Shown: one piece after another, positions 19,701-28,200 of the stretch
How positions within the stretch are numbered: position 1 is the first letter of the stretch
Layout: each line of letters begins with the position of its first letter
Source: an uncultured Alphaproteobacteria bacterium
Lineage (GTDB): Bacteria > Pseudomonadota > Alphaproteobacteria > RF32 > CAG-239
DNA: 64,000 nucleotides
Assembly: GCA_944392295.1 (NCBI GenBank)
Contig: CALXWE010000004.1
Span: 45,819-109,818, forward strand
Direction of reading: 5' to 3'
Program-made: the position numbers and the translations under genes
Notes under the pieces: generated by a model
The model's database searches: none
What the model saw: the letters and a program-made list of their open reading frames with translations, nothing else
Told to the model about the DNA's origin: nothing

Positions 19701-22670
19701 GACTTCAACCAATTTTTGATAGGCCTTAATTTTACCTATTAAATCGACATTGAATGCCGGGTTGTCTTGGATTAGCATATTTTTGAGTTGGTTGTCGCCA
19801 ATGTAGTCTAGTGTTTTGGCTATCTCAACCGAGGCAGCAAGAGCTTTTTGCGGGTTGTTTTCTTTTTTAATTTGTTTGATTATGTAGCTCAAACTTTCCG
19901 TATCATCAATAAGACCTTGCTCGCGAAGGCTGCGGTAGACCTTAACCATGCCCAAAATGTCGGCAGGATAATTTTCTCTTTTGATTAAAAACGGTTTGAG
20001 CTTGGCTCTTTGCAAATCCAGCAATTCATAAAGCGGATACTTTGATAATATCTCAAGCGGAAACAGATGCTTGTCATCGGTGATGATGTATAGCAGCATA
20101 CCGGTTCGGATATTGGCTGCCAAATCATCGGAAGATTGTAAAAGTTTTTCATCTTTAAAGTCGGCAAAATCAACCGGAAAATCTAGAGCCTTTCGAATGT
20201 GTTCGTAAAAGACCGGTTGATATTTTTGGAAATTAATATTCTCTAATGTTAAGTGTTTGTCTGCAGCCATTTCGTTAAGAGCAAAAACGGCAAGACGTTT
20301 TAATTCGGGAATGACAATGTTGTTTTTGCTTAACAGACCTAAATCGAGAAGTTTCTTAACGCCTACTTTTTCAAACAAGGTGTTGTAATATTTAATAAAT
20401 TGGGCTTCGCTGAAAAATTGTACGCTGCGTGGGGATTTAAGCGCATCTTTACAAAATTGCATAAATTCATATTCGATAGGTTGCAATGTGTTAAGCGACC
20501 AACCGTATTCTGCATGTTCAACGTCGTTGCAAACGTGGCTTAAGTAAGCTTCAAAAATTATGTTGTCGTTTTCAAGACTATACTTCGAATTAACAAATGC
20601 TAAAATCTCGGGACCGAGCAGTTTGTTAAATCGCAGCTCGTTAAATTTGCTGTAACCTTCGTAAATTTCCGAGGAAGTTTTGAGCATGTAAAAACTATCT
20701 TCTATAAAATTTTCAACAGGCTGTTTTTGCGGATAGGCAACGCTGGTATTATCTTTGAGTAAGGCATTGGCATAATCAAGGGATGATACTGCTTCTGACT
20801 TTGCTACATATTTGTATGGACCGGTGAGACCTTTAAGATGTAAGAGGTCTTTACTGCTTAAGTTTTTAATTTTTTGCGGATTTTGCGAAGCCGTACGAAT
20901 TATATCGTAGTACTGCTTAATCTCCTTGGCAAGCTGCCGATAAATGGTATCTTCCCTGGTTTGCAGTAAATCTTCAAGTTTGGCTTTATATTCTTTTGGT
21001 GAAAACGAATCGAGGATTTTGCCTTGATTGTCGCAAATATAAAACCAGCTCTTATCGGTAACATCAGCTGAAAATGGGGCTTCGCGGTAATTGCCGCGAT
21101 AGTGTATTATATAGCACCCTTTATATATTTCTTTGGCGGTTAATCCTAGGATTTTTTCATATACGGAAGATCGCAAAGCAATTAAGGGTATGGTCTTACC
21201 TTTATCAGAACCGTTTTGTTCCAGAGGTAATTTAGGAAATCTGTCCAGCTTAAATTTTTTAAACAGATAGCTATCGCTTTTAGGGTAAAATTTTAAATCT
21301 TGCGGTAAAAATGTAGTCGGGTTGTCGGAGCTGAAACAATCTCGGATATTGGAAAATTTTGACCATACACGACGCTGATATGCAGGGTCTTCTTGGTTGT
21401 GAAATACTTTTTCAAATTCTTCCAAAATGTTTCTTCCGGTAGGAAGTTTGCTGATATCAATATCTTCTATGCCGCTTAAAATACATCCGTTATAAATGCT
21501 TAAATAATCGCCGTCGGGAAGCTGGGTTTCTAAATCAAGCAATTTATCCCAGAACAAAACGTTGGGAAAAGTTCCCTCAGCAATGGCCCGCTTTTGATAC
21601 TCTTCAAGCAGATTGTTAAATCGGGAAACAGTTTCAAATGCATCATCAGGTACAATTTTTTGCGGAAAACTTTCTAAAATTGAAATACGATGCTCAAGAG
21701 ATTCCGGCAAAGGCGTATGAAAAATTTCTTGCCAACGTTTTTGACGCAACTCTTCGTGAGCCGGATTATAACTTTTAAATAATTCATAGTCGCTTTGAGA
21801 GACAATTTTACGTGCCATATTGCGTCTTAAGTCGGCGACATAACTTAAAATAACATCTTCAATTTGTACGGCTTGATTATGAGTTAATTCCTTTGAAGGC
21901 GGAATAAATTCTTTTAGAGCAGAAATTAATATATCTTGCTTTTCGATTAAACTAAAGGAATCGTACTTTTTACTTTCTAAAAGTTTACGCAGGCTTGATT
22001 TATAGTAACTTTTGTTTACCGAAGTTTTAAATTTAACCGGAATTTCGGTCGGCTCAAAAGCCGTAATGTCAATATCTTGTTTGTAATAGAAACTTTGTAA
22101 AGATTGAATCTTTAACTGTAAAGCATTAAGCATACTTTCATTATTAGGGTATTGTTTGAAAGCTTTTAAGATTTTTGCAGATAAAGAGTGATATTTTTGT
22201 GAGTTAAGAAAAATATGGGTTATTAAACTTTCGGCCTGGGCAATGTTATATTTGGCCTGAGCTAACATTTTAAGGGCGTTAAAGTCAGAAGAATCTCCTG
22301 CGCTGTAATCGGTGTTTTTGAAATAAGCAGGAATAAGTTTTAGCTCATAACTCATAATGAAGGCTAATTGGTCTTCATTTTGTACAATATTGATTAGACC
22401 TTTGGTTACGGTTAGGACAGGAATAAGGTTTTGCTTGCCGGCTTGATTTTTAATTTGCGGAACAACAAAGGAAATATTAGGTTCACTATCGTCGGTGATG
22501 CAGAAAAATACGGGATTTTGATCAAGATCAAATGAGGTGCCGAAAAGTCGGCGGGCTATACCCTCAAGATAAGAGCATCTTTCTTGTTCTTCTTGCAAAG
22601 TACCATCAATGATTTTAATCTGGTCATACAAATCAGAAGGTAAATTTCTTTTAATCTGTAAAACATCCAT
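16692..22670 (-). CDS. Giant hypothetical protein (1992 aa), no recognisable domains; candidate secreted effector
   Basis: A single uninterrupted 5979-nt ORF. It has no signal peptide or TM segments and no P-loop or other motifs I can place. It is K/N/E/L-rich and mostly helical. Confidence 0.6.
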   Translation of the reverse strand: MDVLQIKRNLPSDLYDQIKIIDGTLQEEQERCSYLEGIARRLFGTSFDLDQNPVFFCITDDSEPNISFVVPQIKNQAGKQNLIPVLTVTKGLINIVQNEDQLAFIMSYELKLIPAYFKNTDYSAGDSSDFNALKMLAQAKYNIAQAESLITHIFLNSQKYHSLSAKILKAFKQYPNNESMLNALQLKIQSLQSFYYKQDIDITAFEPTEIPVKFKTSVNKSYYKSSLRKLLESKKYDSFSLIEKQDILISALKEFIPPSKELTHNQAVQIEDVILSYVADLRRNMARKIVSQSDYELFKSYNPAHEELRQKRWQEIFHTPLPESLEHRISILESFPQKIVPDDAFETVSRFNNLLEEYQKRAIAEGTFPNVLFWDKLLDLETQLPDGDYLSIYNGCILSGIEDIDISKLPTGRNILEEFEKVFHNQEDPAYQRRVWSKFSNIRDCFSSDNPTTFLPQDLKFYPKSDSYLFKKFKLDRFPKLPLEQNGSDKGKTIPLIALRSSVYEKILGLTAKEIYKGCYIIHYRGNYREAPFSADVTDKSWFYICDNQGKILDSFSPKEYKAKLEDLLQTREDTIYRQLAKEIKQYYDIIRTASQNPQKIKNLSSKDLLHLKGLTGPYKYVAKSEAVSSLDYANALLKDNTSVAYPQKQPVENFIEDSFYMLKTSSEIYEGYSKFNELRFNKLLGPEILAFVNSKYSLENDNIIFEAYLSHVCNDVEHAEYGWSLNTLQPIEYEFMQFCKDALKSPRSVQFFSEAQFIKYYNTLFEKVGVKKLLDLGLLSKNNIVIPELKRLAVFALNEMAADKHLTLENINFQKYQPVFYEHIRKALDFPVDFADFKDEKLLQSSDDLAANIRTGMLLYIITDDKHLFPLEILSKYPLYELLDLQRAKLKPFLIKRENYPADILGMVKVYRSLREQGLIDDTESLSYIIKQIKKENNPQKALAASVEIAKTLDYIGDNQLKNMLIQDNPAFNVDLIGKIKAYQKLVEVNGFADDYVLQHQFLENFIPEIESIREPELKNSYYDIFINKQHRILDPDLRRRYQQLWVQSVFSSCGSQIDDKSESLYNKVKVYAQKLHGYSYEQNMFGIDIDENVNQADRLELSHLLAERFVAQKKLAFLLKPYPASFMEISEEDDGCRLQIAGFATIKSLISLSRTEADNLIDFLLTFGSNKDCEAYSQHLNSALQESQRSRKERISPQTLDMLYHEFWGYPIEARAVILGEVIQASNLGISANDWEHIFNCICKHLLPAVDDVKKQIVCKILHSYIKAHKNSERTLYLAAAMSAALETPATIDANKNLAECTRIFLENAGPVATRIAQSATVCLALPKYIRKELQKIKFKEQHPARWELFEWLDFYNTQDDDNKLDYSSNIWLGRSLSSNPYFITLEKGALEKNKSPFESDKVVKIVYAATKTSAEKEFKAFEDTLYDLFHDNLLSENINSLLQIITQTRHDVIIETDLSVGYEQLKAAQKTYNHREFEIDGYKIKLRVANWTAYGKTWAEMERSYGNTLDTIKNLRYRQVVNKIYNSLKLSKLISGGNVSNTEFGRQIRLNPETNTICIFDSGARATVYASAQDKKLLGKFLYQTFEKMVSSNFEGNLFRQFSVTLGNKIEDAYRLKQTTSSYLSDCLKTLLSVIDFYKDFQIIDLVDCINNALADGNTSIDESIITGFVDEGIKQLGLFYSEQNLLSYSDREFLGSMLFNMYADSFKYLPAKIGSVIKKEIIKVQQASEVKIPLLKIMADRIQELDKNSLSPDIPKEFMPTIGELIKRQNVDTAILKGIMKEVIYTINRQENNHPFSPEDRYEFGRLLYDTFNFTVAEKGEGETPDMITTYMMLYKSGNYKSQYAAKIAAIIKIAQSINNSKTNEDLAGYNAVRAILLSGKNDKEVIRGMSDTFKSRNPNSLTRSVAGKGLEVFLAQENTNPTALKKALIKLFVKGKETQNISSTDNYDEIHNSYNQKYMVSMIQNYITKLIRMYRQKKLENNNSITQ

Positions 22671-22887
22671 ATCTCTATTCCTGAACCTATAATACGTTTA
22701 ATACTTATTGTTACATTCTAATACAAATTTGGTTTACAAATTATTACGATATTGTGAATTTTTTGCTTGAAGAATCGGAATTAGTAGTATAAATTTTAGC
22801 AGAATTGAAAGTTTTTTAATTTGGTTGCACATTTTTGTGTGCAGCTTGTGTTTAACTGAAATAGCTGCGAAAGGAGCTTAAATAACC

Positions 22888-25587
22888 ATGAGTAAATGGG
22901 TTTATACATTTGGAAACGGCAAAGCCGAAGGCGATGCCAGCATGCGTAATCTCCTCGGCGGTAAAGGTGCTAACCTTGCTGAAATGAACAAGGTTGGTTT
23001 GCCTGTTCCTCCGGGATTTACCGTAACAACTGAAGTTTGTACTTATTACTATGATAACAACAATACTTATCCGGCAGATTTGAAAGATCAGGTAAGAGAA
23101 GCCGTTGCCGGTGTTGAAAAAATTATGGGCAAAAAGTTTGCTGATGCCAATAATCCGTTGTTGTTCTCAGTTCGTTCCGGTGCAAGAGTTTCAATGCCTG
23201 GTATGATGGATACCGTTTTGAACTTGGGCTTAAACGATGAAACAGTTAAAGCTTTGGCTAAAGCTTCCGGCAGTGAAAGATTTGCTTACGACTCTTATCG
23301 CCGTTTCTTGCAAATGTTCTCCGACGTAGTTTTGGGTGCCGATTTGGATTTGTATGAAGAAGCTTTGGATAATATGAAAAAATCTAAAGGTTACAAGTCG
23401 GATACCGATTTAACTGCCGAAGATTTGAAAGAACTCGTTAAAGAATATAAAGAAATCGGTGCTAAATTAGGTAAAATCGTTCCGCAAGATCCTTGGGAAC
23501 AATTATGGGCAGGTATCGGTGCCGTATTTGGTTCTTGGATGTCGGCTCGTGCCATTACTTACCGTAAATTAAACAATATCCCCGGCGATTGGGGAACAGC
23601 CGTTAACGTTCAAACCATGGTATTTGGTAATGCCGGTGATGATTGTGCTACGGGTGTTTGCTTCTCTCGTGACCCTGCAACCGGTGAAAACGTATATTAC
23701 GGCGAATATTTAGTTAACGCTCAAGGTGAAGACGTTGTTGCCGGTATTCGTACTCCGCAACCGATGGGCAGTATCGGTGATGGCACTTCTTTGGAAGAAA
23801 AATGGCCTAACTTGTATAAAGAATTGGTTGATGCCAGAAATAATCTGGAAAATCACTACAAAGATATGCAGGATATGGAATTTACCATTGAACATGGTAA
23901 ACTTTGGATGTTGCAATGCCGTAACGGTAAAAGAACAGCTGCTGCTGCCGTTCGTATGGCCGTTGAAATGGTTGAAGAAGGTTTGCTCACCCCTGAGGAA
24001 GCTATTATGCGTGTAGGTGCTGACCAATTAGACCAATTGTTGCACCCGATGCTTGATCCTAAAGCTAAGAAAAATGTTATTGCTACCGGTTTGCCGGCTT
24101 CTCCTGGTGCTGCCGTTGGTCGTGCCGTATTTAACGCTGAAGATGCTGAAGCTTGGGCAGAAAAAGGTGAAAAAGTTATCTTGATCCGTAACGAAACCTC
24201 TCCGGAAGATATTGGCGGTATGCACGCTTCTCAAGGTGTTATTACTGCTCGCGGCGGTATGACTTCTCACGCAGCCGTTGTTGCTCGTGGTATGGGTACT
24301 CCTTGCGTTTCCGGTTCTAAAGATATTACAATCGATTATAAAACCAAAACTATGACCACTAAGTCTGGTGTTGTTGTTAAAGAAGGCGACTGGGTATCTT
24401 TGGATGGTGCTAAAGGTCAAATCATTGAAGGTCAAATTCCGACCGTTAAGGCTGATACCAATACCGGTAACTTCGGTAAATTGATGACTTGGGTTGATCA
24501 AATTCGTACTATGAAAGTTCGTGCTAACGCTGAAACTCCTAAAGATGCTCAACAAGCTCTTGATTTTGGTGCAGAAGGTATCGGTTTGGCTCGTACCGAA
24601 CATATGTTCTTCGATGCCGGTCGTATTGCTGATATGCGCGCTATGATTTTGGCTGATAACGAAGCTGGTCGTCGTGAGGCTTTGGCTCGTTTGCTGCCTT
24701 ATCAAAAACAAGACTTCAAAGACTTGTTCAAAATTATGAACGGTTTGCCGGTTACTATTCGTTTGTTGGATCCTCCGTTGCATGAATTCTTGCCTCATAC
24801 CGATCCGGAAATGAAGGAATTGGCCGATAAATTAGGTAAAACTTTGGAAGAAGTTAAAGTAAGAGCTAACGCTTTGCACGAATTGAACCCGATGTTGGGT
24901 CATCGTGGTTGCCGTTTGCCGATTACTTATCCTGAAATCGGTGAAATGCAAACTCGCGCTATCTTAGAAGCTGCTTTGGAATGCGAAGCTGAAGGAATTA
25001 AAGTTATTCCTGAAATCGAAGTTCCGTTAACAGGTTCTAAGAAAGAGTTGGATATTGTTAAAAACATTATCGATACAACTGCTGAAAAAGTATTTGCTGA
25101 AAAAGGTAAGAAGATTGATTACATCGTAGGTACCATGATTGAGTTGCCTCGTGCCGCTTTGATGGCTGAAGAAATTGCTGAATCTGCTGCATTCTTCGGT
25201 TTTGGTACAAACGACTTAACTCAAACCACTTTGGGTATGAGCCGTGATGATACCGGTGCCATTTTGGATGAATACCGCGCTAAAGGTGTTTATGTAGCTG
25301 ATCCGTTTGCTTCGATCGATGTTGACGGTGTTGGTAAATTGGTTCGTCGTGCCGCTGTTGAAGGCCGCGCTACCAATCCGGATTTACACTTAGGTGTTTG
25401 CGGTGAGCACGGTGGTGATCCTAAATCTATCGAATTCTTTGATGAAGTAGGTTTGGATTATGTTTCTTGCTCTCCGTTCCGTGTACCGGTTGCTCGTTTG
25501 GCTGCAGCTCAAGCTGCTGTTAAACACAAAGGCAAAAAGAAAGATGTCGATGGTGCATCTCACGGTTGCTGCAAAAAATGCGCTTAA
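22888..25587 (+). CDS. ppdK: Pyruvate, phosphate dikinase
   Basis: N-terminal ATP-grasp. The central phospho-His domain is GGMTSHAAVVARGMG. The C-terminal PEP-utilising TIM barrel has GLRTEHMF and CGE.GGDP. There is a ~20 aa Lys/Cys-rich C-terminal tail. Confidence 0.95.
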   Translation: MSKWVYTFGNGKAEGDASMRNLLGGKGANLAEMNKVGLPVPPGFTVTTEVCTYYYDNNNTYPADLKDQVREAVAGVEKIMGKKFADANNPLLFSVRSGARVSMPGMMDTVLNLGLNDETVKALAKASGSERFAYDSYRRFLQMFSDVVLGADLDLYEEALDNMKKSKGYKSDTDLTAEDLKELVKEYKEIGAKLGKIVPQDPWEQLWAGIGAVFGSWMSARAITYRKLNNIPGDWGTAVNVQTMVFGNAGDDCATGVCFSRDPATGENVYYGEYLVNAQGEDVVAGIRTPQPMGSIGDGTSLEEKWPNLYKELVDARNNLENHYKDMQDMEFTIEHGKLWMLQCRNGKRTAAAAVRMAVEMVEEGLLTPEEAIMRVGADQLDQLLHPMLDPKAKKNVIATGLPASPGAAVGRAVFNAEDAEAWAEKGEKVILIRNETSPEDIGGMHASQGVITARGGMTSHAAVVARGMGTPCVSGSKDITIDYKTKTMTTKSGVVVKEGDWVSLDGAKGQIIEGQIPTVKADTNTGNFGKLMTWVDQIRTMKVRANAETPKDAQQALDFGAEGIGLARTEHMFFDAGRIADMRAMILADNEAGRREALARLLPYQKQDFKDLFKIMNGLPVTIRLLDPPLHEFLPHTDPEMKELADKLGKTLEEVKVRANALHELNPMLGHRGCRLPITYPEIGEMQTRAILEAALECEAEGIKVIPEIEVPLTGSKKELDIVKNIIDTTAEKVFAEKGKKIDYIVGTMIELPRAALMAEEIAESAAFFGFGTNDLTQTTLGMSRDDTGAILDEYRAKGVYVADPFASIDVDGVGKLVRRAAVEGRATNPDLHLGVCGEHGGDPKSIEFFDEVGLDYVSCSPFRVPVARLAAAQAAVKHKGKKKDVDGASHGCCKKCA

Positions 25588-25632
25588 TTTAGAAGTGTTT
25601 AGATAATACTTATAAATTGGAAGCAAATTGCA

Positions 25633-25665
25633 AAGAGCGTCTGATATTTATCAGGCGCTCTTTAA
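25633..25665. terminator. Hairpin terminator between convergent ppdK and pilin paralog 3
   Basis: agagcgtctga-N6-tcaggcgctct with a weak T-run. Confidence 0.45.
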
Positions 25666-25774
25666 TGATTTAAATTTGATGAAACTTTTGGGTAATAATA
25701 CGGTGTTAAATTTCTGGAAATGATGACTTTAACGTTTATTTAAGTGCTTTTACCGATTAGGATTATGTGTTAAT

Positions 25775-26443
25775 TTACTTAAATACATAATATACAACAC
25801 ATATGTTACCCTTTAAGCATTGATTACATAAATTCCAGATAGTGCTAATATCTGCTGAATAAATACAATAGTCCTGGTTACTACACGTTTTACCATAGAG
25901 CCACTGCTGTTGATTTTCGTCGTTACTATCGGTACCGTTAAATCCGATTGCTTGTAATTCATAGGCAAAGCCTTTTGCTAAGTTAAAGCGATTAATACAA
26001 GAATCTATATCGCTGTTATAAAAACGGATGAATGTTTGCTTACTTGTATTGTCTCTGTATATAAGTATTTGATTATTGAAACTATCATAAATATAATCAG
26101 TATTATCTTTAATCATTTCTTGGGGGATTATGTTAAGCTTTTTATAATATGGAAGCATATATGTTACTTGTTCAGATGAATTTGTTTCGTATAATATGTT
26201 TTTGTATTCAATCATTCCGCTTAAAAGCTGGCTAAGTTGTTCGGTCTGTTTGTTAAGTTTATATTTCATCATTGCTTTAGAGTAACCGGCGATGGCGCCG
26301 ACGGACAAAACTCCGATAATTGCCAGCACGCCCAGCATTTCGACCATACTTCTTCCGGCGGAAAGTTTGTATAAGGGCTCATCTAAAGCCGTTTTATGGG
26401 AGCTTATTTTTACGAATTGGCATAAAAATTTATAAAATTTCAT
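25775..26443 (-). CDS. Type IV pilin-like protein, paralog 3 of 6, long leader
   Basis: MKFYKFLCQFVKISSHKTALDEPLYKLSAG|RSMVEMLGVLAIIGVLSVGAIAGYSKAMMKYKLNKQTEQ. The C-terminal domain is divergent with the LCNQC..C motif. Confidence 0.7.
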   Translation of the reverse strand: MKFYKFLCQFVKISSHKTALDEPLYKLSAGRSMVEMLGVLAIIGVLSVGAIAGYSKAMMKYKLNKQTEQLSQLLSGMIEYKNILYETNSSEQVTYMLPYYKKLNIIPQEMIKDNTDYIYDSFNNQILIYRDNTSKQTFIRFYNSDIDSCINRFNLAKGFAYELQAIGFNGTDSNDENQQQWLYGKTCSNQDYCIYSADISTIWNLCNQCLKGNICVVYYVFK

Positions 26444-26520
26444 CTAAAACCTCCGAGTTTTGTTCAATAAAGGACTTTAAACGAAATCATAAACCGTTTT
26501 TTTTTTTTGCAATTTTAAAG
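26444..26520 (-). promoter_or_regulatory. Conserved pilin promoter/5' leader module, copy 3 (T12 tract 26497..26508)
   Basis: Same conserved block. It shares the intergenic region with the divergent gene at 26654. Confidence 0.55.
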
Positions 26521-26653
26521 TTAATGCGTTTGATAAAATCAGCTGGTATGTTATGTTTATTTTTTGTTAAATCTTATTGGTTACACTTTGTTTTATTGAC
26601 TTTTGTCGCTCTTTATTTTATAATGTGACAAAAGAAGACAAAAAAGGTGCGCC

Positions 26654-28144
26654 ATGAAAAAGGCTGAGTTGGTAAATTTTTTAGAGGCGGAATATGCCGC
26701 TGCACATCGTTCTCCAAAAACTATAAAGCTGTTGGGGCATTCTTATGTTATCCCTTGCGTGTATTTGACCGAATATCAAGATCCAGAAAAATCTTTTATG
26801 AATGATTTTTTTGAGTTAATGCGTAAAGATTATCTGCATTATAAACGTTGTAATGAAGAACCTCAGTATGTTTGTTTGGCGCTCGGTGATAAAAGTATAA
26901 GACTGGTGGTGCCTTATGCCTTACGCTATAAAAATCATACCCCAAATGAAATTGCCGATAAAATCTTAAAAAGAGCCAGTGATAAATATTGGCGGGCGGT
27001 TAGATTATCATCGGAGATGGCCGAAATTTATCCTGACAGACCGTTCAAAACATTTATTAATTTGGCTAACTTAAAAGAAATGCGTAACGCCTTAAGATTG
27101 CACCGTCTCAAAGAAGCTCGCGATAGAACTGCCTATATTACGAAAAAGGTTGGCACGTTCTTGGCTAAAAATGCTCGTAAAGTTACGAATAATATTAAAC
27201 ATATGGATGTTGACCGCCTTAAGGCCAAAGCTAAAACCTGGGCGGTGGTAGCGGTGCTTGGAGCAACCATTAATGCCGCTGTTTATACTGCTTTCCAAAT
27301 TAAAGATAAATCAGAACAAAAAAAAGAAGTACAAGCTAAAGACCCTTTGGGGCATATCAGAATGTTTTCACGTTGTCATGATGCCATTAAGGTTAGTTTG
27401 GCTTTTGCCGAAAATTTTGCTCCTAAAGCTTTTAAAGACGGTGTAGGTGTACCGACTATCGGTTACGATTGTACTTATTATTTGGATGAAAACGGTAAGG
27501 GAAGCCGTGCAACGTCGCCGGTGAAAATAGGAGATAATATTACTAAAGAAGAAGCCAATGTTCAAAAAGAGCGCTACTTACAGTTTGAAATCTTAAATCA
27601 AATTCAAGAAAATGTTAAAGTCCCGTTAGATGAAGCAACAATGATTGCTACATGTAATTTTGCTTATGTGTTGGGCTCAACGAACTTTAGGAATTCAGAG
27701 TATCTAAAAGCCTTAAATGAGGGTAAAAAAGGTGAAGAGCTCGTTAAATATTTAACCGGATATCGTCAGCAAAAGGGCTTGCTACCAAGATTTTATTTTA
27801 TGGGTGCTTTGCTTAACGGTAAATTAAAAACTTCCGATTTTTTGAATTTAACGGCAGAAGGTTGTTATAATCTTAGTACCAAAGATGTGTGCGTCTATAA
27901 AGGAAATAGAATAAAACTTGATGGTGAAGGGTTTGCCGAGTTTGATTATGATAAGTTAGAGCAAAATCTTGTAAAATCTAACAGAGCACGACGCAGTAAA
28001 GCTTGCGGAAATAAAAAGTGTCCGCCGGTTAAAGATATTTTACCGCAATCGGTAATTGACGGTGTTTTACAAATGGAAAAATCATCAAATTATACGGGCT
28101 TATTGTCGGAAAGTTTGTTGAATCTAAATGCCAATTCGAGATAA
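26654..28144 (+). CDS. Membrane-anchored protein with C-terminal T4/GH24-type lysozyme-like domain
   Basis: One TM segment (TWAVVAVLGATINAAVYTAF). The C-terminal region has the T4-lysozyme catalytic spacing E-x8-D-x5-T (AENFAPKAFKDGVGVPTIGYD) and downstream FAYVLGSTNF, which is GH24-like. Confidence 0.55.
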   Translation: MKKAELVNFLEAEYAAAHRSPKTIKLLGHSYVIPCVYLTEYQDPEKSFMNDFFELMRKDYLHYKRCNEEPQYVCLALGDKSIRLVVPYALRYKNHTPNEIADKILKRASDKYWRAVRLSSEMAEIYPDRPFKTFINLANLKEMRNALRLHRLKEARDRTAYITKKVGTFLAKNARKVTNNIKHMDVDRLKAKAKTWAVVAVLGATINAAVYTAFQIKDKSEQKKEVQAKDPLGHIRMFSRCHDAIKVSLAFAENFAPKAFKDGVGVPTIGYDCTYYLDENGKGSRATSPVKIGDNITKEEANVQKERYLQFEILNQIQENVKVPLDEATMIATCNFAYVLGSTNFRNSEYLKALNEGKKGEELVKYLTGYRQQKGLLPRFYFMGALLNGKLKTSDFLNLTAEGCYNLSTKDVCVYKGNRIKLDGEGFAEFDYDKLEQNLVKSNRARRSKACGNKKCPPVKDILPQSVIDGVLQMEKSSNYTGLLSESLLNLNANSR

Positions 28145-28146
28145 TA

Positions 28147-28180
28147 AAAAAGCTCCTTAATTTTTAAGGAGCTTTTTTAT
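28147..28180. terminator. Bidirectional terminator
   Basis: aaaagctcctta-N6-taaggagctttt plus a T-run. Confidence 0.65.
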
Positions 28181-28200
28181 TGTTTAAAGTTGACTTGGAA

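Noticed and set aside
24028-24798. 256-aa minus-strand ORF inside ppdK
   Set aside because: It is antisense to a highly conserved gene with no RBS or homology. It is a shadow ORF.
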